NCBI RefSeq assembly: GCF_009914755.1
Contig: NC_060935.1
Strand: one strand, 5' to 3'
DNA length: 64,000 bases
Source: the human T2T-CHM13v2.0 reference genome, Homo sapiens
The translations under genes were made by a program, and so were the position numbers. This document shows, piece after piece, positions 1 to 17,871 of the stretch. The notes under the pieces were generated by a model. The model made no database searches and was not told where the DNA came from. It saw nothing but the letters and a program-made list of their open reading frames with translations. Each line of letters starts with the position of its first letter. The first letter of the stretch is position 1.

Positions 1-703
1 AATGGGTAGGGAAACAATATCTTAAAAATGCAGTCGGTAAGCCATTAAGCATCAGGACCTTAAAATAAGGGAACCAAAATGCCTTTCTCAGCTTCCCACT
101 GCACCTTTCTGGAAGGAGGAGGAAGTGACAAAAAAAAACAAAAACAAACAAAATCATTTCTAGACTCAATTAGCTATGTGATGAAAACTTATTCATACCA
201 AAAATTCATATATAAAAGCATTTTTCACACTTGAACTTTTTTCTTAATTAACATATATTCTTGCAACTAATCGTTACTACAACCTTATGAGGTCAGCGTT
301 ATCATACTCATTTTATGGATGGGGAAGCTGAGTCTTAGAGAACATGGCCTAAGCCTCATAGTCTTGAAGTGGTAGAGGCAGAATTTATACCCAAGTCTGC
401 CTGAATCCAAAGACTGTGTTCATTCTACGTATCAACCCTCGGGGAAAGGAAGAAATGGGATCCCATTAGGGGAGTAGGGTTTACCCAGAATTTATTTCCA
501 GAAAATAGGCCTTAAATAATTTTTACTGAAAAGAGAAAGACCCGATGAGTCATAGATTTATTTAAAATGTCTTTCATCCCATTGCTAAAGAGCAGGGAGG
601 AAAAGTGAGTTTCATCAGTTTCACATTTTCATCTTTTACGGCACTACATACCAGATGAAACAAACTCTTTTTTATAGCATTCGAAATAATCTCAGACATG
701 TTT

Positions 704-1028
<325 letters not shown>

Positions 1029-1134
1029 TAACACCCTACCCCAGATTGTGAGCATGTAGAGCCTATGCCTCCTTCACATTTGTTTCCCAGCAGGATACAC
1101 CTTCGGATGCTCAGAAAGCATGAGCAGGTGGAAT

Positions 1135-1420
1135 TACCCTAAATGAACTAATTCAGAAGCACAAAACCAAATATCACATGTTGTCACTTATAAGTGGTAG
1201 CTAATCACTGGGTACACGTGGACATAGAGATGAAATAATAAACACCGGGGACTCCAAAAGGGGCTGGGAGTGAGGGTTGAATAATTACCTATTTGATGCG
1301 ATGTTCACTATTTGGGTAACGGGTACACTAGAAGTCCAGTCCCCACCAGTATGCAATATACCCACGTAACAAACATGCACATGTACCCCTGAGTACAAAA
1401 CTAATTTAATTTTTTAAAAA
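1135..1420 (+). mobile_element. Older L1 3' UTR fragment (L1PB/L1MA-like)
   Basis: Matches L1 3' end (…acaaacatgcacatgtacccc…). Confidence 0.75.
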
Positions 1421-1714
1421 CCTAAATATGTAGATGACCAAAAACTGAGGGAAAAAAAATATTTGTGGAAGAGTCAATAAAAGAATCAATAAGAGAATGA
1501 AGTGCTTTAAAGCAATACCTCTTTAACTTTTATTTCATATATTCAAATATTCCAAGCAAAAAAATGACTCAATGCTTAAATCACTGGGTGAATTGGCCCA
1601 GTTTCCCATTCACATGCCCAGGTAGAGAGCCCAGCAGGTGAGGAAGGAGCTCAAGGCTGAGTTCACAGAGTTCCTCATTCTCGTTCCAAAACTACTTCTC
1701 AGGTTTTTGGTCTT

Positions 1715-2224
<510 letters not shown>

Positions 2225-2976
2225 AGGTTTTGGGGTCTTAAGTATTTCACTTTTCCGGATTTCTGTTTGCTATCTGTAAAATGAGCATGCTTTAAAGCTA
2301 AGAATAGAGATAATAAAGTTTAAAGTTTGAAACTTTGATTTGTATTTTTAAATGGTCACTATGACATTTAGCAACTGGTTTAGCTGGTTTTGGATGTTTA
2401 TTCGGTCAACAGCACAGCCTGTGTGAAGCACTAGCTAAACACCCCAGTTAGCCTGCTCTAAAAGACAAAAACACAAACAAAAAACCCACTTGACTTTAGC
2501 ACGTACAGTAATGAGTTTCAAACATGTCTGTGTGCAATCTACAGTAAGAAATAGATGTCTTCTTTTTCTCATGATGTCTCAGCGCACACCCACACACAGG
2601 CACGTGCACACACAGGCATTCACACACCAAAGTACAAGAAACGACCCATGTCCTTCCTACATGTAGTGTACCCTGATAGTTTCTATTCTCCTCCATTTCA
2701 TTTTTAAAATTTGATTTTTTTTAAGTAAGTTGCTTTCTTGACCCACTAAATTGGTTTTGGCCTGCAGTTTGAGAAGCAATATTGAGGTTACGTTTTACTG
2801 ACCACTCGAAATGTGACCAGTGCAAAATGAGATGTGTCATAAGTTTAAAATACCAGCAGAGTTTGAAAATATTACCAAAAAATAAAATGTACCATCTCAT
2901 TAAGGAATTTTTCATATTAGTTACATGTTGAAGCAATCATAACTTGGATATATTGAGGTAAGTAAAATCTATTCTT

Positions 2977-3278
<302 letters not shown>

Positions 3279-3400
3279 TAAAATCTATTCTTAAAACTAA
3301 TTTCACCTGTTTCTCTTTCCTTTTATAGTGTGGCTACAAGAAAATCTAGTATTCTATCTGTGGCCTCTGCTATATTTCTGTTGGATGGGGATGATCACGA

Positions 3401-3625
3401 GCAGGGTCAGTCAACCATGGTCCACAGGTCAAATCCAGCTTGCCATCTATTTTTGTAAATAAACTTTTATTGGAACACAGCCTTGCTCGCTTATTTACAT
3501 ACTGTCCGTGGCTGCTTTTGTGATGCAATGGCAGAGTTGACTCATTATGATACAGACTGTATGGCTCACAAAGCCTACAATATGCACTATCTGGCTCTTT
3601 GCAGAAAAACTTTGTGAACCCCTAA
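3401..3625. mobile_element. MER58A-like hAT-Charlie MITE
   Basis: caggg…ggtccacaggtcaaatccagc…tttattggaacacagcc…ctggctctttgcagaaaa pattern. Confidence 0.75.
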
Positions 3626-4250
3626 AAGAGCATTGGGTGCTTATAATCTGCCAGTCACAATTCTGTGAGAGTTTTATGACCCTGTTTTACCAATGAGGCT
3701 CTGGGCGATTAAGTAATTTGCCTGAGGCCACCCACCTGGGCAAGAAGTCACAGAGCTGGGATTTGAACCATTGCCAGTCTGACCACAAAGCCTGTGCTAT
3801 CATCTCTACCCCGTGTGTACCTTCCCATACACCCTCCAAAACCCTTCTTACCTAGGTACAGCGCTGAATTCTACCACTGTAGCAGGGAGAACCAATCAGC
3901 CCACCTGACCGTCAACCAGTCTAGAAGGAAATGGGAACAGGTTTGGTTGGGGAAGAAGGGATCTCCTCAGGGAATTTAAAGGTTGTTAACTGCTGTTTTA
4001 GTTTTAGGACAAATTACCTGCCTTCTAACTGCCATGCAAACAAATACCGCTCAGGTGTGACCAAAATTTAAGCATCTTAAGTCTCCGCTCTCTTCAGTTA
4101 GGAATTTTCATTAAAACAGCTTGCCTTTCACTTTCAACCCTCAAACCTAAGGACTTCAAATACTAGATTTGGTAACTCTGGATATCCAAAGTCACTTTGG
4201 GGGAAAAAGGAGCGTAGGAAAGATTGCAAATATTTAGCAGGGCTATTTTT

Positions 4251-4313
4251 GAATCTCTTGATTTAGGCTAGAAGTCCAATGCGCTATCCATTGCACCACA
4301 GAGCCTGCTTGCA
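4251..4313 (-). pseudogene. Tailless retropseudogene of unspliced pre-tRNA-Arg(TCT): leader, 5' exon, 14-nt intron, start of 3' exon
   Basis: Minus strand reads tgcaagca-GGCTCTGTGGTGCAATGGATAGCGCATTGGACTTCTA-gcctaaatcaagag-ATTC(AAA). Perfect 15-bp TSD agcagggctattttt at 4236-4250 and 4314-4328. Confidence 0.9.
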
Positions 4314-7300
4314 AGCAGGGCTATTTTTAAGTGAAAAAGCTAATAACAAAATAGTTTGCAGAATGATACCTTATCTTGATAAATAAATAAAAATCACCCT
4401 TATCGTCCCATTCCATGTGTTTGTGCACGTGTGTGTGTGTGTTTTGAATATTATTCTCACAGGGTATTTGGAATTCTTTTTGCTTACACATACTTTTAAG
4501 TGTTTGTACAATTAAAAAAATGCATTGCTTGCGTAAGTTTTTGTTTCCTGGTTTAAGGTGCACATTTTTGGTTTTATTTTCTAAGTACATTGCTGAGCTT
4601 TCGCTGATTTCTACATAGGAAGACACAGAGAATGTGAACTCACCCAGATACAGAGGAAAATCAGGGTCTTTCAGGACTCGGACGGGGAGGGCATCCAGCA
4701 AAAGTAGGGCTGCAGCGCCCCCATGTGTGCAGGGCGGTGGAAGTCACCAGGAGTAGGCGGAGGAAGCCGGCTTCTGACATTTGGGGGAAGGGGACCTGCC
4801 TTCTCTATTGCGAATACTATTGGGAATTCCCAGAGTCAATCAGCAGTTAAATGCTTACTGAGTTTCTTATTCATACTCCATCTTGCCAGACCAGAAATCT
4901 GAGAGAGCTGGAGCTCCCAAGGCCCACCCTTTGGCTGCCTAAATTAAGACTCCCGGGGTTCCCACACTCTTTTTCCCAATGGCAGTGGAGGGTCTTGGGA
5001 AAACTGTCTGGAGGGAATGCCCCGAGTCCTCCTCCCAGTATCTGTTCAGGCTTGGCACCCTTAGGACCTCCCCTTCTGGAAGATTCAGCAGTGCATGTGT
5101 ATGCTTGGAGAGGGAGGGTGGATAAATGTGGCATGAATCTATTTGGAAGGTTTTATACATCTTGAAGTCTCAACTTTAGGTGTTTCAGGGGGGTATTAAG
5201 CACACCAGGGCTTAAATCATAGAATATTTCAAAATAGCCACCTTTTTCCAAGCACCTATATACCTATATGTTCCAGCACTGGTCAAATGACAGATGACTA
5301 TCGTTACAACCGTCCAAGATAGGTGCTATCATACCTACTTTATGGTGGGAGTCTATGAGGAACCTGAAGCTCTGAGAGGCCAAGTCATTAATCCAGTAAG
5401 TATCTGGTCCGAGATTCAAACATCTCTATCCTCCTTCTTGGTGCCAGGTGTCCCATGTGAAGGTTTGGGTCAGAGTGTGGTGCTAGCAGGTGGCAGAAGC
5501 CCAAGATGCATCATCACCCAGGGTCTCGGGCTGCTGGCCTCCATGCAGCTGCCAGATGTGGCTGTATCTGTCTTCCAGAGGGCTGTCCTTAACGCCTAGC
5601 AGAGCAGCAGCCTCTCTGTAAGGATCTGTTTAATGCATGAATGGCACCGCATTTTATTGCAGCTTGAGCTGGTCCCAGGAGACTCTCCTGATTTCTAAAG
5701 CTGCCACTTTGAAGACACAGGCCAGCCCAGCTCCTGACTTCTCCCCACAGTGAATGCAGGAGGCTCTTCCCCGGTCATTTTAAAGCTAGATGGCTGCAGG
5801 TGACCCATAGCACCCATATCCCCCAGTGTGTGGCATCTGACACCCCCCTCTTCACTTCTTTCCACTGCCTATTGTCCTGAGCAGAGATGGCAAAACAATT
5901 CTAAACTGGTGTTCATTGCTAAACCTTTAATTGAATTAGGATTTGGCAACGGGCAATAGGCATTCAGACAAAATGTGAAAGGATGTTTTACAAATGTGGG
6001 AAAAAAGTCACCAACCACTTTTCCTCCCAGCTTTGAACATTTCCTTCAGTGATTTTTGTCTCCCCCCATCCCCAAAATAGCCAAATAAAAATTTATAAAA
6101 ATCAATAAAGCAAGTGTCTTAATGGTGGTTTGCTCAAAATGCTCTGGTTTTAAAGAATGGGAGAGAATAGAGACTCCCTTTTATCACTCTGGGCTTCTTT
6201 CACCCTTTTCCTCTTCTTCCCTGTGGCTTTCTGCTGGTGAGAATGGCTAAAGAAGGTCCCACGGCCCTTGAAGCTCTTCTGTAACCATGATGGAGCATTC
6301 TCCAGTCCCCTCCTAAAGGAAAAAGACTGATCTGTTCAACTGAGCCCTTCCTTCCTCCCTTGGCAATTTTCAAGCTCCCTCCTTTCTATCACCTCCTTTT
6401 GCCCCAGCCCTTGAACAAACCCCAGCCCCAACCCTAGGGTCTAACTTTTTTTTTAAGTAAACTCCTCCTACCCACCCACCAGCTACAGGCAGCAGGGGAG
6501 TCCTGGTTTTCTCATGATGTTGCAGCAAAGGCCTGAGGTCCACACTCTGTCTCCCACGTGCCTTCAGCCACGTGTGGAGGGATCAAAGACACATCAAAAC
6601 GGGTCTCCAAAGCCTCAACCTGCTGCTCAGTCACCACCGGGATCTGCCCCATTGCTCTGGGTGGCTGTGATGTTGGTGTCCACAGATGGGGGGACACACC
6701 AATTTGGCAGCCTGAGCCTGCTGGAGTGAAAGGCCGCTTTTCAAAAATATGGAAGTGCAAATAGCTCATTTAACTCCCCTGATGAAAAAAAAATCCCTAA
6801 CTTTGGTCAAAAGAGCATGAACTTTGGCCTTTAGAAAAACGACCAAATGACCCAGCCAAAACAGGCCAAGTAGGCTGACCCCTTCTGTTTCCTAGAGAAT
6901 TCACTCCATTGTACCACCTTCAGTTTCTCCTAGTCAGCTGCAAGGCCACCATCCCACCAGTTAAGGATGGGATGGAACCCCAGGTAAGCAAACCTGTAGG
7001 TCTGACCTAGTCAGTGGGAGTGGCCAGTGCCAAATGGCCTGGAGGCTTGGAGAGGCACAGTACTGGGTGCTGAGTCCCATTTCTGTTGTACTGTTAAGCC
7101 GTTGGGCACGACATGGAAGCTGAAAGATGAGGAAAGGTCAAGGCACAATAAAGACAACTGTTCTTCTGTGGCAGACAGAGAATACAGCTGCAGGTATGTT
7201 GCCTTCTAGAAAAGCATTTCTCTCCTTGGTAGGTCTGGAAGGCAAGTGTCCTCGGAGATCTGTATGCCCTGTGTGCTAAGCGTGGGTCAATGCTCAAAGG

Positions 7301-7947
7301 ATCCCAGAGACCCCCGAGGAGAGCGTCTTCCCCACTGGTGCTCCTGGCCATGCTATCCATAGTGATTAACTCAGACTTCAGGAACACCCCCCAATGAACA
7401 ACAATGGGCTCTCCCTGAGTAGGGAGGGCAGTGGGGATCCACTGTGGACAGGAGTGGGAGTTTGCCCCGTGGAGGACTGAAAGAGGAGCACTTACTCTGA
7501 GGAGGACAGACCTCAAGCCATGCACCAACACAGAGCTAATCTCTCAGGTGACTTCCTGTCAAAAGTTTAGGAGTGTTTTTTTTTTTTCTCTTAACTTCTG
7601 AGAATAGCTATTTTTAAGGTTCTCTCTCTCCCTCTCTTTTTAATCTTTGATAAAGTCATTGTATGTGTGAAGCTCTGGGGAATTAAGGGACAGGAGAGCA
7701 AAGGGAAGTGTAGCTCTTCCCACATCACCCCTCCACTAAAGACTGTCCAAGGGAGCAGCACAAAGTCAAGGGAAGGTAAGAGACCCCAAGACCCCAGCAT
7801 AGCCAGCACCCGGAAGGAGAGGCCCATGGGGAGGTGACAAACACAGGTAAAGCAGGCAGCAGGCAAGTCTCCTAAAGCTTCCATACTGGGTGGGAAGAAG
7901 CAAAGCTCCGAATATACCTGAGCCACAGTCTTAGACGCTAGGTGGGC

Positions 7948-10243
<2,296 letters not shown>

Positions 10244-10560
10244 TGAGTGAACTCCATTTTCTTCTTTCTCCCAGTCTTTAAAACTCACAAAGCATATTGT
10301 GAGATATGACAGAAGGATTGCTGGTCCAGCAGCCAGCAGCACAGGCAGGGCTAAAACCTGGGTTTCTCAACATGCTTTGACTGTGGTCCTCAGGATAACA
10401 AGGGGACTGGAACATCCTGAGTCCATCCACAGTGATGACAAGTAGAGAATCATATTGTGCCTCACGAGACATGTAAACCTACTTGGCTCTCATTTCCAAA
10501 CTTCACATGCACTGGCCCCTCTCACTTTTGAAGGGGATAGAAAAAAAATATGATCTGACA

Positions 10561-10995
10561 TGGAATTGACCTAGATGCCCATCAATGGTGAAGTGGATAA
10601 AGAAAATGTGGTACATATACACCACAGAATACCATGCAGCCATAAAAAGGAATGAAATCATGTCCCTTGCAGCAACATGGATACATCTGGAGGCCATTAT
10701 CCTAAGCAACTTTAGGCAGGAACTGAAAACCAAACACCACATGTTCTCACTCATAAGAGAGAGCTAAACATTGAGGACATATGGACACAAAGAAGAGAAC
10801 AACAGACACTGGGGTCTACTTGAGGGTGGAGGGTGGGAGGAGGGTGAATATCACAAAACTACGTATCAGGTACTATGCTTATTAACTGCATGATGAAATA
10901 ACCTGTATACCAAACCCCTGTGACATGCAATTTATCCATGTAACAAACCTGGACATGTACCCCTTGGACCTAAAATAAAAGTTGGAAAGAAAAAA
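10561..10995 (+). mobile_element. L1 3' fragment (older L1PA/L1PB)
   Basis: ORF2 C-terminal remnant (WIKKMWYIYTTEY…) plus 3' UTR and A-rich end. Confidence 0.85.
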
Positions 10996-12419
10996 ATATA
11001 TATGGCCTGAGTTTGATCAAGGAAACACAGCCCAAACTTGAAGCACTACTAGGAAATGGTCCATTCATAGGATACAAAGCCTACAGCAACAGCATATTGT
11101 GTTAAGTAAAGGCTACTCAAATACATATTTGGGGTCCACAGTTTATCCAGGAATAGAAAGTCGTACCGCTGCCCAACTGCGTCAGAGGGGCAATGTGAGG
11201 AGGCTTAGCCTCCACTCCATTTACTCAGCTCTGGTGCTGTGAAATACATGAGAATAAGCAGAGGGTGTTTCAGCAGCTTCCTGAATGGGAAGGAAGGATA
11301 ATACACTAAACCCTGCATAAGCTGCCTATGGCTGGGTCATTAGGGATTCTAGGAGACACTTCATTTGAGAGAGTTTATTTGCATCAGCCTGCCAGTTACT
11401 CACAAAATAAAAATGTTTGGTTTGGAATCTGTTCCTACCAGTCTGGAAAAAGCAAGCCTACCCACGGTTGCCTTTCACATGGACTTCCTACTCTTCTTTC
11501 CTCTTCCTCTTGCCCCTACCCTGCTGTCCTCCCAATTTAGTCCCTCTTTATCCCTAAGGAAGTCAAGAGTTGGTCTTCACCAACACTTAGCCTCCTGCAA
11601 CTGCCTCCTAAGGCTCATGGGACACTAAAGCAAGCATAGTTAAGTACTCTAATTATAAACAGCTTGAGCTTGACTTACCCAGATAATGAAGCCATTTTGT
11701 ATGATTTTCCCTGATTGATTTCTCTAAAAGATTTCCTGTTCTCCATCACACTTTGTTATATAAATGAAGAACCATCATAGAATGTAAATACAAAATCTGG
11801 AGAGCCACAGCAGGAGGTAGAGCTAGGAGAAGGAGGAGGCAATGGTGGGTCTTGAGACAAGATAGTTACGAACATGAGAATCAAACCTGGTAATCATGAT
11901 GCCTGCAGATAGATGATGCGTTTTCCATTTGTATGCGGAGTATTCAATCATCTATTCCTACTCAAAATAGAGGGGATATTCAGCTCTTTCCATCTGCAGG
12001 GCCAAAAAGAAGAAACCAGCCCTGAATAAAGTCGGGAGCCACCATTTTAGAGAAAGTACTCAGTAGAAGAAAGCAAAGTTCTTAGAAATACAATGTGAAC
12101 TCTGCACAATTACAGAAAGAAATTAGAGAATGTGCTACAGTTTACATTTTTAAAATGACAATTTCAACATAGGGTGATGTGGGATGTCAAAGATTAGGGA
12201 GCTATAAACAGCCAACCTAGGAACAAAAAGCTCACCAAATACAGAAGAAAGATTTTTGTTTAGCCTAAACCTGGCTGAAGATTTTGCCATGTAATGAGGA
12301 ATTCAAAGTCAACCCCAGAGCCATTTGATATCACAACTGCAAGTAAGAGACATAGCGGTAAGGGGGACTCAAAAAGACAACTGCATTGGAGAATCTCCTG
12401 CCCCTTCAGACACTGGCTA

Positions 12420-12860
12420 ATTGGCAGCATGTGTCAAAATAATGAGTATGTGTGCCATTTGACCCAGTGATTTCCCTTCTAGCAACCTACCCTAAGAAAT
12501 AGTGAGACAGGTCAGCATAGGTGTACATGCAAAACGTTTATAATAGTGAAAAATTAGAAACAAGCTAAATATCCAACAATAGGAGATAGTTTGTAAAAGT
12601 CATGGTACCTCCAAAAAATGAAAACTATATACAGCCGTTAAACAAGTTTATAGATTCACTTATTAACATACATTCACAACACATTGCTAAGTAAAAATTG
12701 TAGGTTGCAAAAATCTGTAGGTTATGCTCCCACTATAAAAAATGTATTGACATGTGTACATGCATCTGAAATAAAATATACCAATGTTAAAGGCATTTAT
12801 TCCTGGTTAGTGAGATAAGTATTGTGGAGTTTTTGAAGATCATGCTTGTGTCTAATTAGT
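12420..12860 (+). mobile_element. Ancient L1M 3' fragment
   Basis: Degenerate …tttgacccagtgatttcccttctag…aaaattagaaacaagctaaatatccaacaatagg… pattern. Confidence 0.55.
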
Positions 12861-13065
12861 ATAGATTTCATCTATGATGAATAAATTCGTTATGGATAAA
12901 CTCTCCATCCTTACAGAATGCTGCCTTAATATGGTTTACTCCAGCCACATATATTATAGGTATATCCATGAAAAATCAATCCCATGAAAATTTCTAGAGG
13001 GATAACTTTTTTTTAAGTCTAACTACTTGATTCTCCTGAAAAATAATCAAATAGAAGTCTTTTAG

Positions 13066-13947
13066 TGTTTACTGGTGAAAAGTGTCAAACTCTGTAAAAT
13101 ATTTGAAAAGATTTATTCTGAGCCAAATACGAGTGACTATGGCCCGTGACATAACCCCAGGAGATCCTGAGAACATGTGCCCAAGGGGGTTGGGCTATGG
13201 CTTTGTTTGTTTACACACTTTATACATTTTGGGGAGACATAAAACATCAATCAATACATGTAAGATGCACATCGGTTTGGTTCCAAAAGGCAGGACAACT
13301 GGAAGCAAGGAGGTGGGTGGGCGGGGCTTCTATGTGATAGGTAGGTTCAAGGATTTTCTGATTGGTAATTGGTTGAAAAAGTTTATTTAAAGACCTGGAA
13401 TCAATAGAAGGGAGTGTCTGGGTTAAGATAAGGGGTTGTGGGGACCAAGGTCCTTATTATGCAGATTAAGTCTCCAGGTAGCAGGCTTCAGAGAGAATGG
13501 ACTGTAAGTGTTTCTTATCAGACTTAAAAATGTGTCAGACTCTTAGTTCTCTCCTGGATCAGAAAAAAAGACCTGGAAAAGGAACAGGATTTTCTACAGA
13601 AGGGAGATTTTCCCCACAAGAGACAGCTTTTGCAGGGCATTTCAAAATATGTTGAAAATATATTTGAGGGTAAAACACTTTGATTTCTTTCAGGGCCTGT
13701 TATCCGTCATGTTGATATCTTATTGCTACAAAGAGTCTTTTTTGTCAGTCTTAAGGTCTCTTTTAATGTTAATGCTAGTCAGCTGTACCTGAATTCCAAA
13801 GGAAGGAGGGTATAATGAGAAATGTTCAACCACCCATCCTCATCATGGCCTAAACCAGCGTTTCAGGTTTGCTTTAGAATGCCCTTGGGTGAGAGGAGGG
13901 GTCCACTCCGTTGCTTGGGGAGCTTAGAATTTTATTTTTGGTTTACA
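13066..13947 (-). mobile_element. ERV1 MER4-group solo LTR (~880 bp)
   Basis: Minus strand starts TGTAAACCAAAAATAAAATTCTAAG. Other end …gatttattctgagccaaata… is typical of MER4. Confidence 0.8.
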
Positions 13948-14393
13948 CGTCCTAGCTGCATACTATTTTTTTAATGTTTTATTTCAGAGATGAGCATTTT
14001 TTTTCTACACCACATGGATTCCCTTTATCCACGTACCTACTCACCTGCTGATTGTAACATTCTGTCACATGTTTCTCAAACTCATCTTGGCCTTCCAGAT
14101 GCTTTAAAGTGTTGGAAACCTTAAAGCGCCATATTGGTGGGGGTAGACCCTCAGTGTTAAAGGAAACAACAGTCATCCAGTCCACCCCCTACTTCCAAGG
14201 CTCGGGCCCTCTATGATGCTCCTGCCTAGTGGCTGCCTGTCCTAGGCTTGAAATATCTTTTACTTCCTGTGCCCCCACCCAACATCACCTGAAACAATCA
14301 GTTATATTTTTAGAAAGTTTGTGAATGAATGAATGAATGAATGAGTGGAAAGTCAGGCACTCGTTGCTTGGGGAGACTTTGATATTAGAGGGT

Positions 14394-15145
14394 TGTGATA
14401 CAATAAAAAATAAATATTTGGTCTTTGTCCCAAGTTGCTGGCACATAGCTAAAACCTTTGGGTGACTTTGGTGTGCGAATGAGATGACCAGTGGCTGGGG
14501 GCCCCTAGATAGCTTCAGGATGGGGACTGCTCACCAGAAAGACTAAGGATTAGAACTTTCAGTGCCACCCACCAAATTCCAGGGAGGGGAGAGGGGCTGG
14601 AGATTGTGTTAATCACCAATGGTCAATGATTTAATCAATCATACCTAATAATGTACCCTCCATAAAAATCCCTGAACAATGGGGTCTGAAAAACTTCAGG
14701 TTGGTGAACACATCCAGGTGCTGGGAGGGTGGCCCACCCAGAGAGGCATGAAAGCTCCGAGCCCTTCCCTGATACCTTGCCCTATGCATCTCTTTCACTT
14801 GGCTGTTTCTGAGTTGTATCCTTTATAATAAACTGGTAAATATCAGTAAAATGTTTCCTTGTGTTCTGTAAGCTGCTCTAGGGAATTATTGAACTTGAGG
14901 AGGGTGTTGTGGAAACCCCCTGAAATTAGAAATTACAGCCTGTCAGTCAGAAGTACCAGAGACAACCTGGGACTTGTGACTGACACCTGAAGTGAAGGCA
15001 ACCTCATGGGACTGAGCCCTCAATCTGTAGGATAGCCATAGCCCAGGTGGATAGCATCAGAACTGAACTGACTTGCAGGACACCTGCCTGGTGTCGGGAA
15101 AGACACCACGCATTTGGAGTTAGAAGTGTTGGAAGTAAAAACAGT
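14394..15145. mobile_element. MER21-like LTR
   Basis: tgtgatacaataaaaaataaatatttggtctttgtccc…aatcaccaatggtcaatgatttaatcaatcat… pattern. Confidence 0.65.
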
Positions 15146-16160
15146 TATGGATTAAAAGCACATAAGAGAAAAATCTTCAAACAACCCTTCGCTAGAGCAA
15201 ATACAGCACTCAAATGATCAAAGAAGCCCAGGGCCTACTTTCTAATCTTATCACCTGTGGCTCTATGGAAAAGAATTAGCAAACATACCTTTGGGTATGC
15301 ACCAAGTGTTAGCAGCCTAATTTGCAAAGTCAAGAGACTGATGGATAACCCCATCTAAGCTCAACAGACTAAAAGTAACACAGTACTGCTATTCCAAGAA
15401 GAACAATGACAATCAACATTATAGGTATCTTCCAGGTCCCAGGCACTATGCCGAACGCTTCACACACATCCTGCTTTCATCCATTCCAAAACCCTATCAG
15501 GTGGGTGATATTGTCCTTATTTAAAAGATAAAGAATCTGAGTCTCAGAGAGGCTAATTAACTTCCCCAAAGTCACACAGCTACTGAGTGGTGGAACAGGA
15601 ATTTTTGCCTAGGTCTTTCTGAGTATAAAACACGTCTTCTTAACTGCTGTGCAACACTGGCTCAGAAGCTGTTTTATGAAAGTATCTCCTTATGAGAATA
15701 TTCTAGTGCACTGCCAGAAGGCAGATTGTCTCAAGGTCATCTGTCATCTTTACCATGTTCACTGTCACTGGTAAGAGGATTTCATGCAAGCCTGCACATG
15801 TGTGGCTGCCCTGTAGGACTGGCTACATAATGTGTGGGTCTGCACGTAATTTGGGCAAAATGAAATCTTGAGACCCCTTGTTCAAATTAAACATTTCAAG
15901 ATGATAAGAGCAGAGCATTAAACCGTGGACTGCCTAAGTCGCATATCCATAAAGCAGGTCCTGCTTCCCAGGGTTCCTATGTTTATGCCCAAATAATCTA
16001 AGATTGTCTTGAAGGAGAAACCAGAAATTCTTGAGGTAAAGAACTCATCCAGTGAGCTCTTCGGCTGCATGCATTTATTTATTCAACAAATATCCTGTGA
16101 TCTTATGACATGAGAAACTCAAGGATTAATTTAATGCCCCCTAACCAGAAACTAGAGCCA

Positions 16161-16822
<662 letters not shown>

Positions 16823-17871
16823 CCTAAGGCAGTGTGCCCTTTACCAAAAACACAACGTTTTCACGCCTATTTTAATTTTGTTGCTTGCTTCCCATTGGGT
16901 TAAAAGCTAGACTTTGCGGGTGGCTGGTAAGTCATTTTGAAAAGACAAATACCTGTTTTCATGCCTCCATTCTTGTGTTGTTGATTTTGGGGCCTTTCCA
17001 ACCCTTTCCAAATGTATTTTCAATCCCTTGAGTGTCTAGGCTTCCTGCTTTTAAGGCCTCCCTTCTAACCCAGGGTTGCCCCATTCACCTTAAAACATTT
17101 TTCAATAACCCAGAAAAAACCAGGCTGAACATACCCAAGCTCCGGAACCAGCAAATCTTGTTCGAACCCCGCTGATGACTCCCAGGGGAAGCCAAGAGGA
17201 CAAAGACAAGGATGAGGACGAGGACCCAGGACCCGCTGGTGAATGGCAACTGCTGTCAACTCACTTTCAACCTCAGCCAGTTGTCCCAGGTGTAGCCTTG
17301 GCCTCCAGAGAACTGGTCCCCGGTTGTTACTCCAGGTCACTTGGAATGTAAACAAAGTGGTTGGGCTTCCCTTCTTGGAAACCAAGACAACAGCTGGTGC
17401 GGGGTCTGGGAAAGAGGTAATTTGCCCTCTCGCTCTTCCTTCAAAGCAGCAGGAAAATCACCATGGCTCAGAGGTGTGGCTCCACAGTGCTCCCTGCTGG
17501 GCAAATTGTTCCCGGTCTGTCTGACCACTGGACAATCACGTGTGAATTTTGTGTTGAGATCTAGAGTTTACTTGCCTTGAACCCCATTGACAGTCTTCAG
17601 AGGGAGAGAGAAAGCAAATAAAGTAAAAATGAAATCTGTATATGCTTGGTTCTCGCAACTAACAATGGCTTCCCTGTCAGAGCAGACGAGAAAACCCAGC
17701 ATCTCGGCTTTGACTCTACTTTCACTTCAAAAACAGCAGTTTGAGTGCCCTGGCTCTGAATCTAGGAGGATTCTAGCATTTTCCATAAGGATGATGAGGA
17801 TAGCTTCAGCTGAAGACTTTCCCATAAGGCTCAGGAAGGGGATTTTATAAACTGATCTTTCATCCAATCAC

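Noticed and set aside
4251-4313. Functional tRNA-Arg gene
   Set aside because: The T arm, B box and 3' acceptor strand are missing, and the insert is TSD-flanked.
4638-4730. Cryptic SLC1A2 5' UTR exon ending at the GG|GTGAGT donor (4643)
   Set aside because: The donor is good, but I could not identify a convincing acceptor. Not supportable without RNA data.
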